A DNA stretch of 64,000 nucleotides from the human T2T-CHM13v2.0 reference genome, Homo sapiens. A model generated the notes under the pieces. That model searched no databases, was not told the origin of the DNA, and was given only the letters and a program-made list of their open reading frames with translations. This document shows, piece after piece, positions 17,898 to 36,929 of the stretch. The stretch lies in assembly GCF_009914755.1 (NCBI RefSeq), contig NC_060937.1. One strand, given 5' to 3'. Position 1 is the first letter of the stretch; every line of letters starts with the position of its first letter. The position numbers and the translations under genes are program-made.

Positions 17898-18061
17898 TCA
17901 TCAGTTATTTACAGATTCTAGCAAATACAAACAGAATATGGATCAGTTTTAGATTTCTAAGTTTTCAAGTTGGTAGAAATGCCAGATGGTTTTAAATTTG
18001 GAAAAGCTAATCCAAGACAGAATTCAAATAAATGTTACTCTTGTACCTTCCTTTTGGCTGA

Positions 18062-18450
<389 letters not shown>

Positions 18451-18532
18451 TCAGTTTTTCCCTATCCAGATTCTTCATCAGAATAATTTTTAAAGTTACA
18501 CAATACAGAAATACATTTTTTTTTTAGTATAG

Positions 18533-18658
<126 letters not shown>

Positions 18659-18980
18659 TAAAAAAAAAAATACAAAGAAGAGCATTTCATTTTAATACTC
18701 TGTCAAATAGTAAATATGATACTAATTCTTTATCAGCCTACCCAATAACTACGAATGAAATCTATATACATTATCCACCCACTGAGGAAAAAGAGACATC
18801 CATAAAATTTAAATAGGTGTTGTTCAACATGTCTGTCACACTTGAGCTACTTTACCTTGTATGAAAGACCAATTTAAAAATCCTCAAAGACAACCTTTAT
18901 TTTATTTGATTAATTGGCCATGGGTAAAATGTATAAGTAACTTATTAAAAAGGGACAATATACTTTATAAGAAAAACTAC

Positions 18981-19071
18981 CACAGTAATTCCCAAGAAGA
19001 ATGTGACAATAAGCTCTTTGACAATAATATTGTGTATCATCTGGTTTCTGTTCCAAAGCCTTAGTCAGCTC
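18981..19071 (-). pseudogene. SUGT1P3: SUGT1-like exon 3 (TPR)
   Basis: tgtag|GAG CTG ACT...TAC TGT G|GTAGTT = [30 protein letters not shown]. Confidence 0.95.
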
Positions 19072-19147
19072 CTACAAAAACAAACATGTTGGGTGTCAGT
19101 AAAAGTTTTTAAAAAGCCATCAAATTCTAATTAAAACATAATTTTTA

Positions 19148-19652
<505 letters not shown>

Positions 19653-20912
19653 TCACATATTCTGAAGAGTTTAATTGATACATATTGACCATTACAGATT
19701 TTGTCCTTCTAATTTGGAGAAGATTCAGACATCATATAGAATTTGAGTTTCCTAGAAAATGTGAAGCTGTCCAATAGCTGTCCAATAAAAAAAGACTAAA
19801 AGTTAAATCTAGAGCTCAGGGAGGTTAAGACAATCAATACATACACCATCAAGCTTACCTGGCCCTCTCTTAACCTCTATCAATAACACACAACTCTAAT
19901 AAAATGCAATTAAACATTCTGTTCAAAGCCCAGATACAATCTAATAGATGGCTATAGTAACTGATCAAGAGTTAACATTAGACAGATTAAAACTTTTTCA
20001 CCCTGTGCAGTCACAACATATAGGTGTGGCAGCTATAAAAATAATGATGTAAGAGATTACACAATTAGGGAGATCAAGGACAAGTGCAGGAACACTTTTA
20101 TTTTCTGCCAACTGCCTACAAACTCTAGGGATTTGGTAGTTTTCTTAAATGGTAAAATTATTTCAATAGCCACATGTGTCACTGACTTTGCTTTAACCTA
20201 GTAGCATAATTATCACAAAGCAATGAATACAGATGCCCTTCAACTCACCTGGGGTCACATTCAATCAACAGAAAGAAAGTGTGGCTCAAACTAAGACAGC
20301 AAAGAAACTAAGATGCTACTTCAAGGGCCTCACATTGTACCTTGCAGGCTGTCATAAGAAATTTGGATCTTAGGTGTGATGGAAAGCCATGGAAAGTTCA
20401 TTGTTAGTAGGAGAGTGACATGGTCCAGTTTACCCTTTTTAAATGTCTTTCTGGTTGCTGTATGGTGAATACATTATAACAAATCAGGACTGGAAACAGA
20501 GACTTCTTAGGAAACTTCTACATTAAGTCTAGGCTAGAAAAGGATGTTAGCCACAGAGGTGATGAGAAATACAATGAGCTGGAATATATTAGAACCAGCA
20601 AGACTTGCCAATGTGGGATAAGATAAATTGAAGATTACTCCAGGGTTTTGGGCTTACTTAGATCTATACCTGGCACCCAGTAAGCACTCAGTGAAAAGTA
20701 TTGATTTCTCTCCTTGCAGACATTTTTCCGCCTTTCCCCCGGTCTCTAATTTGACTGCATCTCCTTTGCCACAAAATATAAAAACGTTTGCCTCTCCAGT
20801 CTTAATCTTCTCAAAGCCACTAGTAACCCCTTATCAAATCCAACAAGCTGAAAGATAAGGCCTTTCAGCTTACCATTCTGTTGCTTCTTAAAAACTAATG
20901 TTTTCCGGGCTA

Positions 20913-21189
<277 letters not shown>

Positions 21190-22830
21190 TCAAAAAATAA
21201 AAATAAATAAATAAATAAAAATTAAAAATCTAATGTTTTCCTTGGGCTTAGTACTTAGACTTCCTCCCTTTTAGAAACATTCTTCGACTCTTTAAGTGGT
21301 GTTGGGGCTTCACATATGTCTTGAATCATCCTGATGACTCAAGTCTATCTTAAGAGCCTAGACAGTGCTCCTGTGCAATATCAGCATAGTTTTCTCTAGA
21401 GTTCACCCGAAATGTCCCAGAGGCAATTCACATACAAATATTCAAAATCTAAAACTACTTCCTCTCTGCAAACCTATTCCCCCATGCTGAACGCAATCTT
21501 CTAAGTGCTATTATCCTAGGTGCTATTTAAGTGAAAGGCACCAAATCCTACTACATTCTCCCAGCCAGAAACTCAGGAGTCATCCCTTATATTCCAATCA
21601 TCAAGTCCAGTGAATTTTACATAAAACAGCTCCCCTCCATGCCCTCAATCACTGCCCTACATGCAGATATTCATCTTTGACCTGGTCTGCATCACCATCT
21701 TCCTGCGATCCACTATCCCTTGTACCTCCTCCAACTCATTATCTACTCTGCTTTTAAAGTAGGTTTTGTAATTCAGAAAATTTCGTTTCCTTCCTCTAAA
21801 TTCTTCACAGATCTCCATGATCATATGATAAAACCGAAAACCATCTGCTGAGATTTAATGCCTTTGATGGCCTGGCCTCTCTCCACTTGTTTAGCCTTTA
21901 TCTCCTAGCACTTGCCTCCTCATATTTTATGTTCTAATACTACTGAACAACTTGTATTATTCCCAAAACAGAACAGTTATGTAGTCTTTACCATGTGCCT
22001 GGCATTGTACTAAGCATATAATACAGGGTACCTCACTTATCCTCATAATAACACTTTCAAGTAGGTCCTATTTGTTCCCATTTGACAGATGAGAAGTCTG
22101 CTCTGGAGTGATGACAGGAACCTTACTGAAGTTACACAGTTATCATGAAACCAGAATTTTGACCCAAGAGTCTCTGACTCCAGAGCCTGGACTCTTAACC
22201 ACCACACATACTGCGCCTTGAACGATTCTCAAAATTCACACGTTTTCTCTCCCTACTGAATTTTGCAACCTCCTCTGTAAAGTTTTTAAGTCCCTCAGTC
22301 AGATTCTATTCTGCTATGCTCTTTTATACACAACCCCATTACAGTAGTTACCTTGTTTGTCTTTCCACTAGACTGAAAACTCACTTACTGAAGTTTTTTC
22401 ATCCTTAGATTCCTGATTTCCAGTACAACATTCACCACTTAATGTTCATTCTTTGTTCAACGAATGAAAAATGTGAAATAGCATATGTGATAAGAACATT
22501 TCCCCTTTATTCCTAATTGGATGACCTTATATAAAATATACACATTTTAACTCACAAGATTCCAAGTAACCTGAATCCCAAATGGCGTTAAAGTAGCCCT
22601 TGGGAAAATCCAGGAGAAATACCCTCACATTCATCATCAAGGATTCAGCCCTACTTATCATTACCAATTATTTAATAATTTACATTGATCTGTTCATCTT
22701 TGTAAGGTCATCTCACAGTTTAAAAAGAACATTTCTTCTTAACACAGCTGGTTCTTATCATGATCATCCTCCCCACACCCAAGGTTTCTGATTAGGGGTC
22801 TGTGGTGGGTCCTGAGAATTTGCATTTCTA

Positions 22831-23136
<306 letters not shown>

Positions 23137-23496
23137 CTAATATGTTGATGCTGCAGCTCATCTGAAGCCCACATCTTTAAGGACCACTGTTCTATAGCAC
23201 TAGACTAAAATTTGGGAAACCTGTGTCCTGAGGTCCCCCTTCTGCGTGTAACTGGTGTGTCTCTATGACAGATCACTTGGATTTACTTGGGTCTCAGTTT
23301 TCTTTTTAAGAAATGGGGTCTCTTTATGTTGCCTAGGCTGGTCTTGAACTCCTGATCTCAAACTCCCAGTCTCGTGATCCTCCCACCTCCGCCTCCCAAA
23401 GTGGTAGGATTACAGGCATGAGCCACCACACTCAGCCAGGTCTGCTTTCTTATGTACACTGTGAAAAGGAAGAGTAAGAAGTACTGGACTACATGA

Positions 23497-23835
<339 letters not shown>

Positions 23836-24535
23836 TGATGAATTGCAGGTAATCCTGATACTGCTGGTCCAAGAGCCACACATTAAAAACCAAGGTACTA
23901 GTGCTATCCATTAGTGCTATCCACATGACTATTCTATGCAATTCTACTCCTAGGTATATACAATCAAAAGAAAGAAATGCATGTGTTCACCAAAATACAC
24001 ACAAGAGTACTCACAGAAGCTTTATTTATACTAGCTAACAACTAGAAATAAACAAGATGTCCAATAAGAATAAATTGTGCTATACTTACATTTATACAAC
24101 ATATATTTATACAATTATACAATGGAATATTACACAGCAATGCAAAAGAACTACTGCTTCACACAATATGGATGTATACTCATGTAATGATTAAAGCAAA
24201 AACAGACTGCCTACATTGAACGAACCACCTACTATATGATTCTGTTTATGAGTCAAGAACAAGCAAAATGAGCTGATGGTGATGAAGGTGAAAACAGGAG
24301 TCAGCAGGACAGTAAGAAGAATTGCTGGCTGGGAAGGAGCATGAAGGAACTTTATAAATGGAGATGCTCTATATCTTGATCTGGGTGGTGTACATATACG
24401 TAAAAACTCATCAAACTGTAGAGTTAAAATTTGTGTTATTTACATATTATCATATATGTCTCAATAAAAAATTTAAGGCTGGGCACGGTCATACCTGTAA
24501 TCCTAGCACTTTGGGAGGCTGAGGTGGGCGGATCA

Positions 24536-24799
<264 letters not shown>

Positions 24800-24811
24800 T
24801 CATTATATTAA

Positions 24812-25153
<342 letters not shown>

Positions 25154-26444
25154 TAGATTTCCAAAGGAAGCACTAGGCCTAACATGACAATTAAGAAATG
25201 TAAATTCAAAGTAATAGCTATCTAATATAAGGAATTATGGAGAAAAATTCTCACTGCTTCCTGTAACATTATCCCAAAACTGATCCCAGAAGACTTATTG
25301 CTGGTATCTAAAGGTCTATATATTTAGATTCAAAAAACATACCTGGACCCCAAAAGGCCTTACAGGACCTGGCTCCTAGTTTCCTGTCCAACCTTACCTC
25401 CTAATCAAATGGGCCCTCTAATAAAAAAGGGCCTTTTTGCTGCTCCATACACAGGCCCACTTCATTCCTACTTCAGGATCTCTGCACTGGCTCTTGGTCC
25501 TGACTGGAATGCTCTTTCCCCAGAGGTTCCAAGCTAATTCTCTTGTTCCTTCAGGTCTCTGCTCAAATATCACCTTAACAGAGCCTCTAGTACCCTGTGG
25601 CACATTTCTTATAAAAGCCATAGCTAGAAAAGACGCTGTCTTGCCTCAAATTGTTAACCTTACTTATGTTAGATCATAACAACAAAACAGGGTTTCCTTT
25701 TTTTCTGTGCTTTAAAGCAAAAAGAAACAAACAAAACAAAAAACAAAAAAGATCTCCTGTTAAAATTCTGTGACCCACAGCATCATTTATCTTTAGCTTA
25801 GTCTCTTCTTCAACTCTTATCAACTCTTGCTCTTTTACATTCCTTTACAGCTTTATAGTTTGTCTTCACTGCACACCTACAAGCAGTGATCTCTAGGTTA
25901 GCTAAGTATATAACTAAGACTAACCCATAGCAATGAGCGCCTTTGCACACAGCAACTCCTAAAAAATTTTTTGATAAATAAACAAATGAGTGAATAATGA
26001 ACTATGACAAGACATCTGGAAAGTTTCCGGGACGTGAGGGAAGAGGTTTTTGTTCCAGTAGACTGACTTCATACCGACACTTTTACATAAGAATGGCAAC
26101 AATGATTGTCAAAAGAAAAAATTAATTTTCATCGAGCCCAGAGTCCACTTTTCTCTTCTAGTCATTAAAAAAAAAAATCCTTTCAGCCCAACTGCAGATG
26201 CCAACCATGCTCCCAATAAATAGAGGAAGTTTTTCTCAGAAGCTTCAGGAATGCAAGAGTCTGGAAGTGGAAAGGGCAAGACAGGAGTCTGAGGTAACGC
26301 GGCTACCGTGAGAGAGAGAAAGGAGACCGAGAATCTCAATACTGGGGCTGAGACGCAGCATCACTAGAGCCTGAGTCCTAATCAGGCGGTGCTGGAAGGA
26401 GGCGGGTCAGCCGGGAGTGGAGGAAGCAGAAAAGGCTCTCCCAC

Positions 26445-26502
26445 CTCTAACGCCGCCTGGGGGTCCTGGTCGATTAGAGCATCTGAGAAGCTCTGGAAAA
26501 AC
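26445..26502 (-). pseudogene. SUGT1P3: SUGT1-like exon 2
   Basis: gacag|G TTT TTC CAG...TTA GAG|GTGGGA = FFQSFSDALIDQDPQAALE. Confidence 0.93.
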
Positions 26503-26589
26503 CTGTCAGGAAAACAACGACTTCAGCAGGGCCCACTAACCAAGGAAAGGGGTATAAAATAAATAGCAAAGGGAAGGAAAAACACGCAC

Positions 26590-26627
26590 CTCTGGGATGC
26601 TGCAGGTCCTGCGGCAGCCGCCGCCAT
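26590..26627 (-). pseudogene. SUGT1P3: SUGT1-like exon 1, coding part
   Basis: ggaATGGCGGCGGCTGCCGCAGGACCTGCAGCATCCCAGAG|GTGCGT = MAAAAAGPAASQR (SUGT1: MAAAAAGTATSQR); good Kozak context. Confidence 0.93.
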
Positions 26628-27066
26628 TCCTCGTAGTCAATGTTGCTGCCGCCGGAGCTGCTACTATCGCGCTCAGCAGCTCCGCCACCGACCAAGGGGG
26701 AAAACTTCTGCAGAAACATCAACCGAGCTTCCGTCTTAAGCAGCCAACGAGCAGCCACTCAGCGTGCTGCTAGCGGGACGGGAGGCGACACGCGGGCGCG
26801 TGGCCGGCTGGGACAGTGGAGGACCGAGTCCTCCCAGCCCGCAACCCGGCCCGGGACCTGCGCTCCCAGTCCCCGCCCATCGTAGCCATGTTTACGGAGG
26901 CCTGGGCCTACAGGTTCTCCCTCTTTTCCACCGCGCCCACGTCCGCGGGCACTCCGACCGAGCCTCCAGGAGTAGTAGCTCAGAAGCACTTTTGTAACAT
27001 ACTGTTATCCCTCAAGAACGTGTACGCGCAGGGGCGTTTCCTTGTCCGTTAATAACACAAGCTACA

Positions 27067-27532
<466 letters not shown>

Positions 27533-28802
27533 TCAGTGAACAGAGGGGCCTGGATGGCGCCTGGATTCCCGCGATCATTGCGCTGGGAATGGAAAAGGGC
27601 TGGGACTCGCTAGAAGTCGTTCTGACCTAGCAGCGGCTAAAAGCCTTCTGGTGCCCGGGGAGACGCGCCCGGCGCCCGCGTACTATTCATTCCCTTCCTC
27701 ATAACTCCACAGCCCAGGCTTTCTTCTTAGTGGGCTTCCCAGATCAAGAAGGAAAACCTTTTCTATACGAAAGCACTGAGGGGCGGAAGGTGGCCTGAAG
27801 TGATCTCAGGGCCGCTTTGTTTCCCAACCCAGTCGTTCAGGTCCTCCCTCAGCGCCCTTTGACCCATGCACATCCCATGGGGAAAGCTGCCAGCGCGTTC
27901 CAGGGGTGGGGTCAGATTGAGGAGCTGGAGGGAGTGGTCTTTATCTGACTTTATACCACTACCAAACTGTGTTAATTAACGTAGCTTTATAATAAGTCTT
28001 GAAGTCCTTTATTCTCCCAAGATTGCTTTGGCTTATTCTAAGGCCATTGTATTTCTAGGTGATTTTGGAATTAGCTTGTCAGTTTAAAAAAAAAACAAAA
28101 CTGCTGGGACTTGTACTGGGCTTGCATTGGATCTATAGATCTGTTTGGGGATAACTAGTATATTAACAATATTAAGTCCTTCAATCCATTTAAGTGGCCG
28201 TTTATTTAAGTGGCCTCTAATTTCTCCTGGCAATGTTTTGTAGATTATACACATATTTATACTTTAATGCAGCTGTGTTTGGATAGACTGCAGTATAGAG
28301 ATCAAACATATCTTTCATTAGATTTCTTTTTGAATAGTGTTTTGAATGCGATGTTAAATAGCATTTTTTAAATATTCTCGTTTGTTGTAAGACTATAGAA
28401 ACGCTATTGATTTTTACATATTGATGTTACATTCAAGCATCTTGCTAAGTTCCCTTATTATTTGTAATACTGTGTAGAGTCTTTTGGAATTTATGTGATG
28501 ACAATCTTGCAATCGTGAATAAAGATGGTTTAACTTCTCTGTAATCTTTATACGTTTTAGTTTTGTTGCTGGCTAGTATGTCCACTATTGAATAGAAATA
28601 GTGATAATGGACTTCCTTGTCTTGGTTGTAACATCAAGAGGAAAGCATTCAATATCAAGTGCTTTTTCTGCCTTTATTGAAATGTTCATATGTATTTTTT
28701 AATAATAATATGTTATATAGTAATTTTAAAAATATTTTTAATAATAATGTTACAATGTAACCAATTACATTGGTTAATTTTCACTTGTTATCTAAATGGC
28801 CA

Positions 28803-29230
28803 GTTGTCCTTCCAGATCCCCATTGATTCCGATTGGGATGGTACTATAGGAGAGGCAGAGCCAGCTAAGGAGATATAAGGTTTATTCAGGACTTACATAC
28901 AGGGGTGGTCCAGTGGTGGTGGGGTGGCCTGGAGAACCACTACTGTTCATAAAAAAAAGCATGTAGTCTATATAGCATTTTCACTTAGCACCCTCCTTCT
29001 AGCAACCTCCATTTAACCCAAAACAAAGGGCCTTGCTCCACTGTACAGCCTGTGTTCTAAGAGATGGAGCAGGGGTGTGGATGTCTTTCATAGATAAGGA
29101 GTGAATCTTAGTGTTGGCTACTCCTGGCTTCCTTAGCCTAGGACTCCAAACACACTTAGAATAGGGTTATTCTCAGTATGCTCCAGTTATGGCTCAGCCA
29201 TACACCAAGGTGTGTACACCAGCCCCTGCC
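28803..29230 (-). mobile_element. Probable ERV1 LTR remnant (MER31-like)
   Basis: Resembles recalled consensus (TATAGCATTTTCACTTAGCACCCT...AACCTCCATTTAACCCAAAACAAAGGGCC); family uncertain. Confidence 0.45.
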
Positions 29231-29794
29231 ATGCACCAATATGCATATAAATATGAATAGCCTCTGAAAGGGCAAATTCCAAGATTGACCTATAGGTCCA
29301 ACATGAAAAGTTCTATATTAATAGCTATGTCATGGCCAGGCGCAGTGGCTCACGCCTGTAATTCCAACATTTTGGGAGCTTGAGGTGGGTGGCTCCCTTG
29401 AGGCCAGGAGTTGGAGACCAGCCTGGGCAGCATGACAAAACCCCATCTCTACTAAAAATACAAAAATTAACTGGGCGTGGTGGTGAGCACCTGTAATCCC
29501 AGCTACTAGGGAGGCTGAGGCACAAAATTGCTCGAACCTGGGAGGCGGAGGTTGCAGTGAGCAAGGTGGCACCACTGCACTACAGCCTGGGCAATAGAGT
29601 CAGACTGTCTCAAAAAAAAAAAATAGCTGTATCATGGACATTGAAATTATGAGATTCCAAAACTACCACCAGAATGGCTTAAATTAAAGGACTTCCAATA
29701 CCAAGCATTGACAAGAATATGGAGCAACTATATGTTTCATATATTGTTGATGAGAGTTTAAATTAGTTGATCATTTTGGAAAACTGTGTGACAC

Positions 29795-30212
29795 GGTATT
29801 AGTCTGTTCTTGCATTGCTATAAAGAAATACCTGAGACTGGGTAATTTATAAAGAAAAAATGTTTAATTGGCTCATGGTTCTGCAGACTGCACAAGAAGC
29901 ATAGCAGCTTCTGCTTTTGGGGAGCCCTCAGGAAGCTTCCAATCATAGCAGAAGGCAAAGGTAGAGCCGGCATCTTACGTGGCAGGAGCAAGAGCAAGTA
30001 GGGTGGGGGGAGGTGCCACACACTTTTAAACAACCAGCTTTCCCAAGAACTCATTCACTGTTGCGAGGACAGTACCAAGGGGGATGGTACTTAATCATTC
30101 ATAAGAAACCCACTCCCATGATCCAATTACCTCCCGTCAGGCCCAACCTCCAACATTGGGTATTATAATTTGACATGAGGTTTGGGTGAGGGCACATACC
30201 CAAACTATATCA
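29795..30212 (-). mobile_element. MST-family (MSTB-like) solo LTR
   Basis: GTATTAGTCTGTTCTTGCATTGCTATAAAGAAATACCTGAGACTGGGTAATTTAT...CCAAACTATATCA, with 5-bp TSD GACAC (29790-29794 and 30213-30217); inserted in an old L1. Confidence 0.85.
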
Positions 30213-31882
30213 GACACTATCTACTAAAGCTAGTTATACACATAACATACTGCCCAATAATTGTACCACTGGGCATATACCTGAGTATTTATGATCATAT
30301 ACAAGAATATTCATCGCAGCATTATCCACAGTAGCAAAAACTGGAAATAATCTAAATGTCCTCAAATTGGATAAAAAAATTACATAGCAATGAATAAGAA
30401 TGTACTACTACTATACCAAACAATATGGATGAATCCTATATACATAAGTTGAGGTAAAGAAGCCAGACAGAGTATATCATGATTGATTTCATTTATATGA
30501 AGATAAAAAACTGTAGTGAGAGGTATCATAAGGGAATCTCCTGGTTGTCAGGGAGGGTGGGGAGCAGGGGCATGAAGAAACCTTCTTGGATGCAGGAAAT
30601 GTTACATATCTTGATCTGGCTGGTAATCACAGAAGTGTATTGAGACATAAAATTGTATCAAGTTATACACAAGATTTGTGCAGCCTGGGTGCAGTAGCTC
30701 ATGCCTGTAATCTCAGCACTTTGGGAGGCCAAGGCAGAAAAATTGCTTGAGCCCAAGAGTTCAAGACCAGCCTGGGCAAGATGGGGAGAACTTGTCTGTA
30801 CAAAAAATAAATAAATAGAAAGCATTAGCCAAGCATGGTGGCATGTGCCTCAGCTATTTGGGAGGCTGAGTCAGGAGGATCGCTTGAGCCCAAGAAGTTG
30901 AGGCTGTGATCATGCCACTGCACTCCAGCCTGGGCAACAGTGCGAGCCTCTTTGTCTTTAAAAAAACAACAGCAACAACAACAACAACAAAAATGTTTCA
31001 CTTTATTTATTTTGCAGACTAGCTTGGGGAGAAATGATATCTTTCCCTTGTATTGCCTTTTCCTGTCCATGAACACAATTGCTTGCTTCATTCATTCCGT
31101 TTCTCATATCTTTTAGTAAACTTTTATAATTTTCTCCATAAATTCTTGGCATCAGTTTATTGAAACCTTGGGAGGAAGGACAGACAAATACTTAAGAAGT
31201 CATTGATAAAATATGTTTTCATATTCAAATGACACAACTAAATATGCCAATGTACTTCGCTTGGTTAATTTAAAGAAGGTGAAGAATAACCATGCTGGAT
31301 TAGGGGACATTTCTTGAAGGATAGTTGGTCTTCAACTCGAAGAGTGAAAATATTTAGTCACTTATCCTGTGTTACCTAACATCTTCCTATGAAAGGGATC
31401 ATTTTCATTCATTTGAAAGAGAAAATCTTCCCAATCTAATGTCGAGGCCATCCTTAAGTAAGCGTGTTACACTTGATAATTTCCTTTCGAACTGAATCTA
31501 ACAAGACTATCTTATTTGTATCTTTTTCACAATAAAGCTTTCCCAAAGAGAGGTTTATGAATTTGTGCACTTTACAAAGTTTTATATACGGATTTGTGCA
31601 CTTTACAAAGTTATACTTTAATAAAATAGAAAAAAGATTTAAAGCAAAATCACTAATAATCAAAATTTAAAATGTAAAAAGCCATGACATTTACAGTAAC
31701 ATAAAAAATATTAAATACTAAAAAGTAAATCTGACAAGAGATATGCAAGACATGTGCACTGGAAACTATAAAACATTGCTGAAAGAAATTAAAGAAGACT
31801 CGGGAGGCCGAGATGGGTGGATCGCCTGAGGTCGGGAGCTCAAGACCAGCCTGAACAACATGGAGAAACCCCGCCTCTATTA

Positions 31883-32041
<159 letters not shown>

Positions 32042-32686
32042 TCAAAAAGAAAAAAAAAAAGAAAAGAAAAGAAAAGAAAGGAAAAGAAAAGAAAAAGAAA
32101 AAAAGAAAAGAAAAGAAATTGGCCAGGCGCGGGGGCTCACGCCTGTAATCCCAGCACTTTGGGAGGGCGAGGCGGGCGGATCACGAGGTCAGGATATGGA
32201 GACCATCCTGGCTAACACGGTGAAACCCCGTCTCTACTAAAGAAATACAAAAAAACTAGCCGGGCGTGGTGGCGGGCGCCCGTAGTCCCAGCCACTCGGG
32301 AGGCTGAGGGAGGAGAATGGGTGAACCCGGGAGGCGGAGCTTGCAGTGAGCCGAGATTGCGCCACTGCACTCCAGCCTGGGCGAGAGAGCGAGACTCCAT
32401 TTCAAAAAAAAAAAAAAAAAATTAAAGAAGACTGAAAAATGGAGAGCTCCTCCAAATTGATGAGTCAAAGACTCAATATTGTTGAGATCTTCCGAGACTG
32501 ACCTATAGACTCAACATGATCCCAATCAAAATCCCAAGTGGGGCTGTAATCTCAGCTACTGGGGCCTGAGACAGGAGGCCAGAAGTTCGCTTGAGGCCAG
32601 GAGTCCGAGACCAGCCTAGGCAATATAACAAGACCCCATCTCTGAAATAAAATAAAACTAAAAATCCCAGAGGCTTTTCCCTTTTA

Positions 32687-33055
<369 letters not shown>

Positions 33056-33800
33056 TCAGTAAGTATGGGGTGGAACCAAAAAATTTGCATTTTAAGAAAA
33101 ACATCGGCAGGGTACAAGGGCTCACTCCTGTAATCTCAGCACTTTGGGAGGCTAAGCGGGGGCGGATCTCTTGAGCCCAGGAGCTGGAGACCAGCCTAGG
33201 CAACATGGCAAAAACCCCTTTCTACAAAAATACAAAAAAAAAAAATTAGCCAGGCACAGTACACACCTGTGGTCCCAGCTACTCAGGAGGCTGAGGAACT
33301 CTTGAGCCCCAGGAGGCGGTGGTTGCAGTAAGCCAAGATTGTGCCACTGCACTCCAGACTTAGTAACAGAGCGAGAAACTGTCTCAAAGAAAAAAAAAAA
33401 AGGATAACACTGAAATAGTTGGCCTAGGAACCCAGTTTGATGGAGGAATTTGAATGGTAAGCTAAGGATTTTGGACTTTATCCTACAAGTAGAAAGGTAT
33501 TGAGGGTTTCCATATATGAACATTATGTATTCCCAAGGGATATTTTTATTTGATTTTTTTGAGACAGGGTCTCATTCTGTCACCCAGGCTGGAGTGCAGT
33601 GCTGTAATCACAGCTCACTGCAGCCTCAACCTCCCAGGCTCAACAGATCTCCCACTTCAGCCTCCTGAATAGCTGGGACTACAGGCTCTTGCCACCATGC
33701 ACTGTGATATTTTTACTTTTTCTGGAGATGGGGTCTCACTATGTTGCCCAAACTGCCAAGGGATATTTTAGAAAGACTATTCTGTAAATAGGTGCATGAT

Positions 33801-34640
33801 TGTGATACAATAAAAACATTTTATTTGGCTTTTATCCCTAGGTTCCTGACACCCTAGCTTCTGAAACCTTTGGCATTTAGAAGGGAAGAGCATCTTTTGT
33901 TATTCGTAACAAGCTCCTTTCAACCATACCTGAGTTTATGCTAATAAGGTGGACACTTCATGGGTCCCCAGATAGTTTCAGGATGGGAAATGATTTCCAG
34001 AGAAACCAACCATGTAATTAGAATTGGAACTTTCAGTCCCATCCCCAAGGAGAGGAGAGGGTGTAGAGATTGAGTTCAATCACCAATGGCCAATGATTTA
34101 ATCAGGCATGCCTATGTAATAAAAGCTTCATTTAAAAACTCGTAAAATGATGGTGTCTGGAGAACATCTAGGCTGGTAAACACTTTGAGGTGCTAGGTGG
34201 GTGGCACATCGTGAGACGGCAGAGCAGCTCTGTTCACTTCCTCCCATTGCTTTATGCATTTTTCATTTGGCTGTTCATGAGCTCTATTCTTTATAATAAA
34301 TTGACATAAATGTAAACCAGTAAATTGGTTCCCTGAGTTTTGTGTGCTCTTTTAGCAAATTATCCAACCTAAGTGGGTGGGGGTCATGGGAACCCCTGAT
34401 TTATAGCTAGCTGGTCAGAAGTACAAGTGGAAACCTGGGACTTGCAATGGGCATCTGAAGGAGGGGCAGTTTTGAGAGACTAAGCCCCTTAACCTGTGGG
34501 GTCTGTGCTAACTCCAAGTGGTTAGGGTCAGAATTGAACTGAATTGTAGGACAAAGACACCCAGTTGGTGTCAGAACTGGGTGTGGGTGTGAAAAAATCC
34601 CAAGCTTTTAGTGTCAGAAGTGTGAGTAAAAACAGTTCAT
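33801..34640 (+). mobile_element. MER21-like LTR
   Basis: Resembles recalled MER21 consensus (ACCTGAGTTTATGCTAAT, ATTGAGTTCAATCACCAATGGCCAATGATTTAATC, GAATTGAACTGAATTGTAGGAC). Confidence 0.7.
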
Positions 34641-34979
34641 ATTGATAAACTAAGAGTTCACAAGCAGGAAGTCACTTGGGAGGCTATTGTCTGTTTTGTT
34701 CACTGACCTACCTCCAGCACAGAGAATACTGCCTGCCACAAAATACACACTCATATATGGTTTAAGTGAATAAACGGTGGCAAGAATAACATAGAAAAGA
34801 CTACAACTAGGATGATAGCTATAGATATAAAAAAGGAATATATGGATACATAAGATATTCTAATGGGGGAAAAACAGGTTCCTCAGTAGCTGGTACTTAG
34901 TTAAAACCAAAAGACTAAGCTTTTGAAGTCCTAAGGTTCTTACTATATGACTTTCTTCTCCCTTTTTTTTTTTTTTTGA

Positions 34980-35132
<153 letters not shown>

Positions 35133-35496
35133 TGAATTTTTGTAAAGATGACATCTCACTATGTTGCCCAGGCTGGTCTTAAACTCCTGGGCTCAAGTGA
35201 TCCTCCCACCTCGGCCTCCCAAAGTGCTGAGATGACAGGCGACAGACACTGCACCCGGACTTCTTTTCCCATCTTTAAAATTTCAGTATTCATGGTAATT
35301 GTACACTATTCCAATAACCTTAAATAACAGTGTCTCTAAAAATTCTTATACTATACTTCTTAAAGTAAAAAAAACCCATACACAATTTAAATGGTGTTAC
35401 TATTATAAATAGAGTTTATCTGGTATCTCCTATAAGGATAACTGACTCAAAAATAATGCAAGATCCTTAATTTTTAAAAAACCATTATGTACTGTA

Positions 35497-36204
<708 letters not shown>

Positions 36205-36467
36205 CTGATATTCACTATCTATGTGGTGAAAAAACCATAAAACTAACTTATCTAGTTAAAAAGGTTTTATTTAACTAGATTTTGGTATACTAATATAGTA
36301 TTACACAGCCTTTAAAATCACATTTTGGAAGAATATTCACAAACATGAAAAAATGAGTAAGTGAAAGTTACTTCTGGATATGGGGTATTGGATTACAGAG
36401 ATTTTAATTTTCATAAGAAAATTTTTCTATGTTTTCCAAGTTTAACTATTAACTGACCTAGTTTCTA

Positions 36468-36808
<341 letters not shown>

Positions 36809-36929
36809 TTAATATTATTGCTGGGAATATTTTATTGTTGTCTAATTTTTACAACTTGGTAATCCATTGTGTGATGTTTAGAAATTGCCATTTGGCCTGC
36901 TAGAAAGGAAAAGTGAAAGGATGATATTC

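Noticed and set aside
26474-27052. Several 76-94 aa ORFs across the CpG island
   Set aside because: By-products of high GC content; the real homology is the spliced SUGT1 frame.
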